Assembly (NCBI GenBank): GCA_012295275.1
Contig: CM022673.1
Location: forward strand, 22,568,001 to 22,632,000
DNA: 64,000 nt
Reading direction: 5' to 3'
From: Chrysomallon squamiferum
Taxonomy: Eukaryota; Animalia; Mollusca
Shown: piece by piece, positions 1 to 13,200 of the stretch
Position numbering within the stretch: position 1 is the first letter of the stretch
How the letters are laid out: every line of letters starts with the position of its first letter
Notes under the pieces: generated by a model
Databases searched by the model: none
The model's input: the letters and a program-made list of their open reading frames with translations, nothing else
What the model was told of the DNA's origin: nothing
Program-made: the position numbers and the translations under genes

Positions 1-1072
1 CTTAAAGTATTATTCATTTCATTATTTCATTTAAATATTCTCAACAGTTTATGATAACTGCAATAGAACATAAAAGAAATATTTATTTATCAATTTGAAA
101 AATCCAAATATTTAAAATCCAGTAATTTATCTTTTATTATTTGAAAAACTTTTGTTTTTCTAAATAGCTTTTTTTCTCTTTTTTTTTTTTTCTTTTACTG
201 TAGAGTATTAAAACATGAAATATTTTTATTTATAGTGCAATTAACTATGAACGAGTTGCAGTGGTAGTTCTGAGCTTCCTTGCATATAATTATTTGGAAC
301 AAATGGGTCTATCTTAAACAAAGACTACAGGTTATGTTTCAACACAATAGTTACGTTTCTCATTTCTCTGCCATATGACAATGTTGATCTAACTCATACG
401 TCTAATCAGTGCATTTTCCTTTATTACTATTTTTTATTTTTATTTTTTCTAGAATATCCCAGGTATTTTTATATTGTGAGGAAGCTTTACCAGCAGGAAA
501 GTTTATTTCATCAAAATCGACATGTAATTTTTATCATTATTTATAGTCTGTGTGGAAATGAAATGGCTTGTTAAAGATGTACTTGCATTTATGTTGCAGA
601 AAATAGACAGAAGTTGAATTTCTCAGGATCTTTTTCTTAAAGGACTTTCATTTTTCTGTCAGCTTTTTTTTTTCTTTTTTTTTTTAACCACTGAAATTCA
701 GCAAACAAAAGCAGTAACTTTTACCAGCATTGTCAAGATTAATAATCGTTTCTCCACACATTCCAGTTCTTTAAACATTAAATTTATCTTCTTAATAATA
801 ACAGTAATGAATTTTTGACAGGTTTTTAAGTTATTGTATTCTTCTTCTTTTGTTTTTTTTGTTTGATTGTTATTAATGCACTATTTTTAAGTATATTTTA
901 TTTATTTTAACCATTTGTGAAAAAGGAAGCTGCCATCAAATTATTTGCAGAGAATAACAGTATTGTTTATATCATTTTCAATTTTTTTTTACAAGCTTGT
1001 ATTTCTCATAGATTTTTGCAGTATTTTTAAGTTATTTTTATGTGATTGTGATTAAAAAAATATATTATTCTA

Positions 1073-1086
1073 TATTATTGTTATTG

Positions 1087-1135
<49 letters not shown>
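1073..1135. repeat. (TTA/TTG)n microsatellite
   Basis: Directly visible; explains the poly-Leu ORF 1042-1227. Confidence 0.95.
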
Positions 1136-1136
<1 letters not shown>

Positions 1137-1172
1137 TGAATATTTTAAAGTCACTTTAATGTATGTTCACAG

Positions 1173-1278
1173 GATGATGACTCTGATGGGACTGGCACAG
1201 TACGACGGCGCAACAAAACCATTGTAACACCAAAGATGGCAATGGAGAGTTTCCGATATTCATTCCTCAATTCAGATG
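1173..1278 (+). CDS. RAPH1: MRL gene, first visible coding exon (DDDSDGTGTVRRRNKTIVTPKMAMESFRYSFLNSD)
   Basis: ttcacAG acceptor at 1171-1172 and G|GTGAGT donor at 1279. Phase 1 matches the next exon. The SFRYS motif precedes the D-x-D-A-I-L-G-E-L motif as in MRL N-termini. An internal ATG at 1236 could also initiate. Confidence 0.8.
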
Positions 1279-4200
1279 GTGAGTTTTTTCTATATTTTAT
1301 TTATATTAAGGTTAAGAACAAATACTAGTAACCTTAAATTTAGATTAAATGCTTAACAACAGCATTTTAATATTTTTCAGATGCTAAATGTTGGTACTGT
1401 AATTAAGTTGTGTGATATAGGACAGTTGATTTTATTTGCTATATTTAAAAAAACAATTGGTCTCAAATCAATTCAGCATGTTTTTCATGCTTTAAATCAT
1501 ATTAGTATGCAGTCCATTTTGCATTCTTCTGCCCGATAAAACATTTTTATATTTATTTTATTTGAACACTTGTTATTTCAAGCAACCAATTTTGTTCTGT
1601 AAATAAAGTCTATCAGTAGGATATGTCTGTACTAAATGAAGGTGGTGTGATAAAAACACAGAGAATAAAAGTAGACATTGCTACTACTCAATTTTTCTCA
1701 GTGTGTCGTCCCATCTGGTTGATTTCCCAGTTCGTCTAATTCCCATTTTGTTGAAAAAACTAATTCCCATTTTGTTTACTGCAATACCTGATTACCTCTG
1801 TATGTAATGAACATGGCCTATACATACATCTGGTTTCTTTATTGTTGTTCTGCTGACATAAAGTGGCACTTGATTCTAACATTCAGAGCGGAGTGCATTC
1901 TTCCTAAATCGATTATGTAACATCAACCGAAAGCAGAATAAGTGTTTACTACTCATTTGTTGTAGAATTTTTATTTTTTCATTATTTCATCATCTTCCTC
2001 CTCCTCATTATCATCATCATAATCATCATCATCAACATTATTATTATTATAATATTATTACTATTATTGTTGTTGTTATTATTATTATTTTTTAAACTGG
2101 TCATTTCTAATTCATAAACATTTTCTTTCTGTTACAAAACAACCAGCCAATAATAAACAATCAGTTTCATCTATCTATTAAAAAGCGGCACACTGTTTTT
2201 TTTTTTAATTCTCATTGCTTGCTTCTGTAAAAGAAAACAAACAAAAATATTATTATAAATACCTAATTTTATTCAGCAATATTATTTCAAAAAAAATTAT
2301 TTTATATATGAGTAATTTGCTTATATTCAGTAAATAGAATATTTGAACATTACACTTACCATTAACTGTTCGAATTAAACCATATTCAGCTTAAACATGT
2401 ACAAGATATATAGTGAGCATATTTACATTATGCACACATACATGTTCACATTCTGCACATGTTATACAATATATGTAACCTAGTATATTAAAAGTATGTA
2501 TGTTAATGATATTATGACCTGTAAATACTTTGGCTATGAATGAAAAAGTTTATACGAAGGACCAAATCATCGGAAATACTTTTAGATGAATACCTTCTTT
2601 TTTAATTATTTACATTCTTACATTTAGATTATTTCAATATTTTTCATATTTGCATACTTCATGCGATAAGCGATATCCATACTACAATAATACCTCAGAT
2701 TAGAGATGTAATTGGTTCCAAATTTCCGATAGTTAAGTGAGGTATTGTTAAGCGGGAGACTAATTTACATAGAATTAAGGTTAAAAACAGTGATTACTTT
2801 CTCGCTGATGAACTTTGACATAAAGAAAAAGGTGAAATAAAGAGAAACAAAACAGCAGTTTAGACATAAATGATTTAGTAGATTATCGATATTACGTAAA
2901 AAGTAAATCATTTACAAATCAATTTATACAAATACATTAAGAAATAACTATATGCCGCTCATTGTGGGTTCATTTTTGTGGGTTTTGGTATCATTTAAGA
3001 TAATGTATTTTGTTTCTAAAGTTATTGTCTTCCGTTTCTTTTTATTATCAGCATTCGCCAGTATACTGTTATTCATTTTGATATATTGGAAGGGTAAATT
3101 ACAAAAGGGTTAAGTCTAACTCGAAGCAGAAGAGAAAAGAGAATTGGAATATCAGATGCACGTATGATGTGTCAACTGATCAACATAGCTTTTAGAAGCT
3201 TGTGAATTAATGAAAAATGAATGAAAACGGACTTAAACACATGCATTGTACCCATTTGTATCATTTATTTCGAGCAATTAATTATTAAATTTCTATTTAT
3301 ATAATTTGTAAAGAAAAAAGATAATTAAAGCGGGTTATGCGAGGTATTACTGTATTTATACCCAAAAAATAGGTTTCCAAATAATCTGGAACAGTTCATT
3401 ATAATGACTGAGGTAAAAACATGCATATCAATAAGACCACTGAACCATATTTAGCCTTTCCACGAACTGGAAATTCTACCAGATGGGAGTAAGCCATGTT
3501 TAATATGTTTTGTTTGTTTTACATTTGTATGTACAAAATGTCATGCATTATCAAACATTTGCCATTGTGACACACTTTATTATAAGCAATGACAGGTTAA
3601 GAACAAAATATATAATAATAACACATTAACTTTGAAATACCTAAAATTAACATAAATATACTCCTCTGAACTACTGGGAATTCTACCAGATGGGAGTAAG
3701 CCTTTCACAGATCAACATAGCTTTTAGAAGCTTGTGAATTAATGAAAAATGAATGAAAACGGACTTAAACACATGCATTGTACCCATTTGTATCATTTAT
3801 TTCGAGCAATTAATTATTAAATTTCTATTTATATAATTTGTAAAGAAAAAAGATCATTAAAGCGGGTTATGCGAGGTATTACTGTATTTATACCCAAAAA
3901 ATAGGTTTCCAAATAATCTGGAACAGTTCATTATAATGACTGAGGTAAAAACATGCATATCAATAAGACCACTGAACCATATTTAGCCTTTCCACGAACT
4001 GGAAATTCTACCAGATGGGAGTAAGCCATGTTTAATATGTTTTGTTTGTTTTACATTTGTATGTACAAAATGTCATGCATTATCAAACATTTGCCATTGT
4101 GACACACTTTATTATAAGCAATGACAGGTTAAGAACAAAATATATAATAATAACACATTAACTTTGAAATACCTAAAATTAACATAAATATACTCCTCTG

Positions 4201-7200
4201 AACTACTGGGAATTCTACCAGATGGGAGTAAGCCTTTCACAGATCAACATAGCTTTTAGAAGCTTTGAATTAATGAAAAATGAATGAAAACGGACTTAAA
4301 ACACATGCATTGTACCCATTTGTATCATTTATTTCGAGCAATTAATTATTAAATTTCTAAATATAAAGAAAAAAAGATCATTAAAGCGGGTTATCCTCTG
4401 ATTTATACCAAAAAATAGGTTTCCAAATAATCTGGAACAGTTCAGATGACTGAGGGACCACTGAACCATATTAAGCCTTTCACGAACTGGAAATTCTACC
4501 AGTTGGGAGGCCATGTTTAATATGTTTTGTTTGTTTTATGTACAAAATGTCATTCAAACATTTTTAGGACACACTTTATTATAAGCAATGACAGGTTAAG
4601 AACAAAATATATAATAATAACACATTAACTTTGAAATACCTAAAATTAACATAAATATACTCCTCTGAACTACTGGGAATTCTACCAGATGGGAGTAAGC
4701 CTTTCACAGATCAGTTCAGAGGAGTATATTTATGTTAATTTTAGGTATTTCAAAGTTAATGTGTTATTATTAATTTTGTTCAAACTGTTTGCTAATAATA
4801 ATGCATGACATTTTAATGCATGACATTTTGTACGTAGAAAAGAAAAACAAACAAAACATAATAATACACCTATTCTTATGCTTGGATATATGGCTGCAGA
4901 ATCACCATATCGTTAGTTTATTGGAATTTTTTATTTTTTTATTTCTAAATCAGTAAATGGTAAAAAATAGTCAAAGTGAAAAAAAAAAGAGGAAATGTCA
5001 GATTCCTTACATCTGCAGTTACATAAACTTAAATCTAGTCAGCAAGGTTTTTATTTTACTACAAAACTAGTACTGAAAAGTATGCAAATACTGAACACAA
5101 ATGTCTAATATAAAGTAATGTTTTATGGTTTACATGGAAATAATAAATAAAAAAAATTAGACAATACATTCTTCTGTTTTAGTTTGCATAAAGCAGACAT
5201 TGGAAAGCAATAGTTGTACCAAATTGCCCTTCATATATAGTGCTGGTTTTTGCATACTTTTCAACCACCTACTAATTCACAGTTTGCCTAATGCTACCCA
5301 TAGTATCTTCCCAGTAAATAATTATTTTTGTTTACATCCCTTGCAGTTCCAGTACATGGAACTATGCACTCGTAATTGATTTTCCTCAAATGTGCTTGCT
5401 TACGTCACTCTGTATTTACTCTCTCTTATTCATCAGTTAATTAAATAAAAATAAGATTCTCTTTCACGTTTTGAATACTGTTAGGATACAAGAAAAGAAC
5501 AGGTAAATAAATTCAGGTAATAAGGAAATAGATACATGATCTAGAGCCCCATTTCTTAAAAACAAAATTTTATTCCATGTATTTAATTTTGTTATGTAAA
5601 ATCGATATAAATCTTTATATATTTTTATTATTAGTATAGTATTATTTCTTTTACAAATAAATTGAAATACATTGACCTAATGAAAAAATATTAAAATACT
5701 GAATCAGAGATTGCTAATAATCATAAATTTCATCAGACTTGTATACCAGATTGTAGTTACTAGACTAATAAAAGCTCTGAATGGTTTCTACATTTACAAG
5801 TCCAATAAAGTGTATGAATGGCAAGAAGATTTAGATTCAAAACCACCACCAATAAAATGGGAATGGTAATCAAATTCAAAAGGTGAAACCAAATCAGCTG
5901 GAGTCTAAATCTCAGTAATATGAATGCTAGGTCTGTAGAAATATATTAAAACATTTGTTAAGATGTGACCTGTTGTTTTCTAAAAGAAAAAAATTATGAT
6001 GATTTGTGTATCAATAAAATAGAACATAGGTCCTATTACTATCATCTTTAAAGAGAAAAAGAATAAACAAGAGGATTACCTAACAACAACTGATAACAAA
6101 GAATAAATAAAGAATTCAGAATTTATGGTTGAATTAGCTGATAACTGAATTTTTCATTTATATAGACACAAATTTTAAAATGCGGTGCATGAGAGTCAGT
6201 TTTAAAGTTTTGTTTGTCACACTGTGTGTATCATATAAAATAATATATTATAGATGTAAAAGGAAAAAGATTATAAATAATAATCTCATAATCATTTCTA
6301 ATTTCTGTTTTCAGAAAATCAAGATGTAAATTTTGATGCTATTCTGGGTGAATTGTGTGAGCTGGAGACTCAACTTAGCACTACTCAATCTGAGCTCTCT
6401 CGCTCACTGGGAACCTGCTACCCTGTCTCCCTGACCAGTGATCAAGAAAAACAAAATGACAGCAGCAGAAGTGGAGGTAATGACATGATCCAGGCAGAGC
6501 TGGATGCCCTGGCAGCAGAGATAACACAGGGATTGGGATTGTGGAAAAATGGAGGAGGTGGGAGTGCTGAGGATAATACTGTTTGTGATATTGGAGAAAC
6601 AGATTCAGCATTTTCAGACAACACATCTTTGCCATCTTCAGAGTCATTTACTTCCATGGTAACAGTATCATCATCTGCTGATACTACATCATCATCATCA
6701 GGAGATACTTGCAGCACAGGCAGTGTAATGTCGGCAATGACTGTGCAGAGTGAGGTTAGTACAAGATTGTGGTTCTTTTACTTTTGTGTGGAAGGGTTTA
6801 AAAAAATTATAGAATGCCTCTTTTCATTACCTATATATGTGTTTATGTGTCAGTAATTATTACCTGAAAGAATATCATTATTGTACAAGTTTCCAATCAT
6901 CTTTTATTTTTTTTGTGTGTCTCATTTCCCTTCTGATGCAAAGTGATATATTTTTAATGGAATCATGCCATACTGTAGGTACCAGCAGCCTAATATTTAA
7001 GTAATTTAATTTTGTATAATATTGCAAGAAACTAAGAATAAAATGAAAGCTGCAGAAAAAACAAACAAAACACACAAAACATTATGATGCTCTGTCTATT
7101 GGTTCCAAAGCTACAAGCAAATCATATTTTGGCAAATTGAAAGGAACAGCAACATTGGCCAACTGTAGTTTGAAAAATAAGTGATATAAAACACTTAAAA

Positions 7201-10200
7201 TTAACAAGAATTTTAGGGACAGTTTGATAAATTAACTTAATTTTTTTGCAGAGTTTATCTGTATGTTAACAATAACATGATGAACATGACATATTTGTCA
7301 AAATGGAAGGCATACAGAATACCTCTAAAATAACTAAAAGTGTAAATAGACACTATGACTTCAGTTCTGGTCTCATTTAAAAAATTCAACCAATGTTGTG
7401 AACAATTTGTTAAGATGTTTCAAATGACATACTTGAGTATAACATTTTTAATACAAAAATTTACCTTTTCAATTTGAAGGAAAAATGTGAACCAATGCAC
7501 CAAAAGTGGGCTGTTGCACCAAACATTGAAAAATGAGATATTCATTTAACCAGATAGAGTATTTATTAAAAGCTACAAAATGTTTGTTGATACCTTGAAA
7601 ACTGACTGAGCTATGACCTTTTTAAAGTGTTGCCAAATGCTGAATTTCTGAGTATTATTGAGAAAAATGACACTAAAGTTTATCCATATGTTCAGTCCAT
7701 AGCAACCATACATTTTTTGACACCTTAAGCTCCAGAACTTTGAGAAAACAAGTTGGTGTACATTTAGCAAGAATTAATTAGAATTTAACATTTATTTGTT
7801 GTTGTTTTTAGTTTAAAGTGCAGCAGAATTGCTGTTGTTATACTCATTGAAAGAACTTAATATAGCACAGCACAACTCTTTTTTTTATATATAAGTAGCT
7901 GGATTTTTCATTCTAAGGGTCATTCCATGTCAAATCACCCCCCAAAAAAAGAAATTTAAACCCGACCGTCTCAGATTTTTGAAAACTTGGTATACTTGTT
8001 GACTGGGATCCCACAGCACCAAATCTGAAATGTTAGCCCAATCAGACCAGTGGTGTGGGAGATATGGCCCACCGAATTTTGAGATTTTTGCCAAAAATGG
8101 GTGTGACCACCAACCTTAGAACCCTTATATCTCAGGAACTACTGGGCCAATCTTCACAAAATTGGTATTGTTAGAAAGGCAAAATGACAAGGATTCCAAA
8201 TCTGCCATTTTTGTTTAGTTTGGAAAATATTGGAGTACCTTGACCTTTTGACCTTTGCTATGACCTTGAAATTGACCGTGTGGATCATGTGATCTTGAGA
8301 TGACCTTTATTGAAATTTAATCTCCCACATGTTAACTAAAACATATAAAAGTTTCCTGGGTGTAATATGTTTTGTTTAGCCACAATATAGATTTAAAAAA
8401 TGCACATACATGAAAATAACACCTTTTCAGCCATTAACATCTGATTAACTAAAACCTGAATGATCAATTCTGGATGCTAGGAATCACCATCTCTCTTGAT
8501 CATTGAGTAAGACATTGTAGGCCTACATGTATGCATAAAGTTCACATATAAAAGTTTCCTGGGTATAATATTTTTTGTTCAGCCATAATAGAGATTTAAA
8601 AAAATGCATACCTGCATGGATGATTGATACAATTCATTACAATGTACATTTTCTCTGAGACTAAAAACTCATCTTTGGAGTTAAAACCCACCTGACGTGT
8701 CTGAAGGAATGCCTGAAGGATATGAAAAGATGCCAGATGGCATGACATGTTCTACACAATCAGGCTCAAAGGGTTAACAGGAAGTGATGCTTCAGGCAGG
8801 TCAGGAACTCCTTTAGATTCCCTGGTGCAATCCCCATTGAGCACATGGCAATTAGAAGTTTAAGACAAAGAAGTTTCTTCATCTGCATTTCTTTGACAAT
8901 CTGAAGCTTTTTAAGTTGGACACAATGTCAGATGTTGATATATAAACAATATTTTTATTTCATAAAACCTATTAAGTAATTTTATCATGTCATGTGGGCC
9001 TTGCCATTGGTTTTGAACAAGGTTTCAGTCAACAACAGTACAACCCAGTCTGAAATCAGACGTCATCAAGTGGTGTACTGCATAATGTATTTGTACACCC
9101 AGTCTTCGGCACAGTGTATGAACAAGGTCTACTTCACCTTAATAAACTGTGATTTATACTTGAGAAGATTGACATAAATGCCCAAGACGTGTGGGCCTTT
9201 CGCAATAACACATGTACTCTGCTGCCATTTTATGACCTGCTTTACTTTACTGAAAGGGTTTCAGGATTTGATTTAATATTTAGGAAAGCACTGACTTTGT
9301 TCTATTGAATTGAAGGTGCAGGCCAATACTGAAAATCCTTATTTCTTCCAGGGCTAACTGCAGCTTTAACTCTCCTGAAAATGTGTGTTATCAACACCAT
9401 CATATCAAAAAGGAGTTGTTGTGAAGTGTATGGAAAACTGAGGAAGTCGAACTCCTCACTCTTTGAAGTAGGATCAAAACACGGGACATCAAGAGTATCA
9501 TGAACAAGAACTTTTCAACATTGCAGAAAAGCTGTTGTGATCCCCTTAATCGCCGCCCTGAGCAAGCACGCACTAGATCTTTAAGAATTGTTAGCATGGG
9601 CACTTACAAATGCTTAGTAAATCCTCCAAAGACACTAGTGCCAGGAGACAAGTTGTGCTGTGACTGTCTGATTACCCTTCAGAAATCAAAGGTCCTGCAG
9701 AGGATGGCTTTAGTATGGGTGGTATTACAATGGGAGAATTTGGTGATAACTTGCCAGACAAACTGCTGGTTGTTGTTTCCCCAGAAAAGGACTTTGATTT
9801 GAATTCTATTCTGTCGAGTTTAGGCGAAACTCCTGTCAAACTCCATTCACTAGCACATTCCAGTAAATGAATGAAAGGACAGAAAAAAACTAGCATCAGC
9901 TACAGTAACATTAAAATGACATCTTAATGTCTGAATCATACCCAGAGCGTGTGCAAATCTTGATTTTGTCACCCTTTACCATTGAAAGGACAATGAATTG
10001 AAGGAGGAAATAATCAAATTTTATGAAAATATTACACCCAGGAAACTTTTATATGTTTTAGTTAACATGTGGGAGATTAAATTTCAATAAAGGTCATCTC
10101 AAGATCACGTGATCCACATGGTCAATTTCAAGGTCATAGCAAAGGTCAAAAGGTCAAGGTACTCCAATATTTTCCAAACTAAACAAAAATGGCAGATTTG

Positions 10201-13200
10201 GAATCCTTGTCATTTTGCCTTTCTAACAATACCAATTTTGTGAAGATTGGCCCAGTAGTTCCTGAGATATAAGGGTTCTAAGGTTGGTGGTCACACCCAT
10301 TTTTGGCAAAAATCTCAAAATTCGGTGGGCCGTATCTCCCACACCACTGGTCTGATTGAGCTAAAATTTCAGAGTTGGTTCTGTGGGATCCCAGTCAACA
10401 AGTATACCAAGTTTCATAAAAATCTGAGACGGTCGGGTTTAAACCATTGGGTGATTTGACATGGAACGACCCCTAAGTATTATCAATAATTAGGAATAAT
10501 AAATTTAAAAATACTGTGATGTGTATGTATAATATATATTTTTTATGTTTAACTATAATCCACTGCAGTACATAAATTCAGCTAATCCTTAGAGTCTACT
10601 CCAAAAGTTGTTGCAGGTACTGATTAGGGGCAATAAAATGTATATATATAATCATGAGACTAGCATGCAGTTAAAGGTGCAGAAGTCCATTATTTGAAGC
10701 AGTAACATTAAGTAATGTTCCTAGCTTTGTACTTGCTGTGATTTAACAGCAAAAAAAAGTTACTTATCATCTGACCACTGTTGATATTTTCTCTGATGGA
10801 GCTAATCTTCACTTGAAGCCAAAATAATCAAAGTTTTAAAACTGATCATTTTATTGTTTTATATTAAAAAATGATTTGTTTGTTATTCTGCATTCTATCA
10901 GTGCTGCTGGTACTTGGATTCCTAGAATGCATTGTATTATTGTGTTGTATAAAAAAAGGAAAAAAATGGCACCTGGAAGAAATGGCATTTGGCAAATTTG
11001 GAAAAAATGGCACTTGAAAAATGTTATTGTATGTATGTATGTGTGTGTGTATGTATGTATGTATGTATATATATATATATATATATGTATTTGTGTGTGT
11101 GTGTGTGTGTATGTATGTGTAATATTAAACTCTGATAATACTGTACTTTGTTAAGCAAAACCAAGTGGCTAAATGATGCTATATATGTAACAATACTGCA
11201 TATATAAACTTTTATTTTCAAAAGTACTTTTAAGTTTTTTTTAAAGCAACTATACAGAAAAAAATAAATAAGGTGCCATTTTTTCCAAATCTGCACAGTG
11301 CCATTTCTACCTGGTGCCATTTTTTCCTACAATCATATCAAGGTACATATCAGCTATTATAAACCTTTGAAATGTTGGTCGCCAACATCTGCTTGGCAAG
11401 AACATTCTCTGAAAAAGCAAGAAGTGGCACAAAAATATTTTAAAAACCAACACAACAATAAAAAAATGACTATTATTGTGTATCTCTAATTATTAATCTC
11501 TAACTTCATGCTCATGTATGAAGTCATTGCTTCAGTTCTAAAAGTCACTCTGCATTTATATTCTGGAGAAAACAGAAAGACAATCTTTATATTTATTATG
11601 GACAGTGTTAATCTATGTAGAAATTCAAGGATTGCTTTAAAAATATACAAGAAAGGGCTTACACTCATCTGGTAGAATTCCCAGTTTGTGGAAAGGATTA
11701 TTATTGTATAAATACAGTAATAACTTGCTTAAAGATATCCTGCTTTAACAATCTTTTTTCTTTGCAAATTATATAAATACAAATTTAATAGTTAATTGCT
11801 TGAAATAAATTATACAAATTGGTACAATGCATGTGTTTAAGTCCGTTCTCGTTCGTTTAACGTTTATTCACAAGCTTCTATAAGCATCTGATATTCCGAT
11901 TCTCTTTTCTCTTCTGCTTCAATTTAGACTTAACTCTTGTAATTTACCCTTCCAATATATCAAAACGAATAACAGTATACAGGCAAATGTTGATGATAAA
12001 AAGAAACAGAAGACAATAACTTTAGAAACAAAATACATTATCTTAAATGGTACCAAAACTCGCAAAAATGAACTCACAATGAGCAGCATATAATTATTTC
12101 TTAATATATTTGCATAAATTGATTTGTAAATGATTTACTGTTACTTAATATCTATAACCTATTAAATCATTTATGTTTAAACTGCTCTTTTGTTTCTCCT
12201 TATTTCACCTTTTTCAGTCGTAACCAAAGTATTTACAGGTCATAATATCGTTAGTGTACATACTATTAATATACAATGTCACATATATTGTATAATATGT
12301 GCACAATGTGAATATGTATGTGTGTATAATGTAAAAACTTGTTTATGATTGGTTGGTTGTTTTGTAATGGTTATGAACCAAAAATGACCAGATTAAATAA
12401 TAATAATATGATAATATGAATAATATGAATATGAATACAAATAAGAATAAGAATAATTATAAGAAGAATACGATTAATAATAATAACAATAATAATGTTG
12501 ATGATGATGATTATGATGATGATAATGAGGAGGAGAAAGATGATGAAATAATGAAAAAGTAAAAAATCTACAACAAATGAGTAGTGAACGCTTATTCTGC
12601 TTTCAGTTGATGTTACATAGTTGATTTAGGAACAATGCACTCCACTCTGAATGTTAATAAATAAAGCAGAACAAGAATAAAAAAACCAGATATATGTATA
12701 GGCTAAGTTCATTACAAAGAGAGGTAATCAGGTATTGCAAGAGATGAAATGGAAATTAGACCACTGAGAATTCTACCAGATGGGAAGACTGCAAAGAAAG
12801 TAATAACTCAGTATGGCTGGCTTTAAATAATGAAGTTAGACAGGAAGATGTAAGATTTCAACACCCTGCATAATGCCAGATGTTTACTTGGGACACAAAT
12901 AAAACCCACATGCACTGCACAGCCTGGTACTTTATTTCCTTACTTGAATAAAGCTTGGTACAAGAATAAAATAGCCAGAGTTACATCATGACTTAGTATG
13001 ACCTCTTGGCAAATGTTTAGATTGCTTGGATTGGTTTCAATTGTTTTCTGATTTCAAAATAAAGAATTGGTGCATGATTTAAACTGTAATATATATGTGT
13101 GTAAAAAGAGTAGTGCCAACTTCTGACTCACATATGTTTTGGATAGCATTCAAAACAGAATTTATTTGATAATTTGAAATTTAATGATTTCAGAAAAATA

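Noticed and set aside
6381-6717. Minus-strand ORFs over exon 2, and shadow ORFs within 25724-28010
   Set aside because: Antisense or alternate-frame shadows of real coding exons, with no independent features.
7914-10476. PIF/Harbinger assignment (TAA target, GGG termini) for the long-TIR element
   Set aside because: TIR symmetry puts the ends at 7917 and 10472, which gives a 4-bp CTAA duplication rather than a 3-bp TAA.
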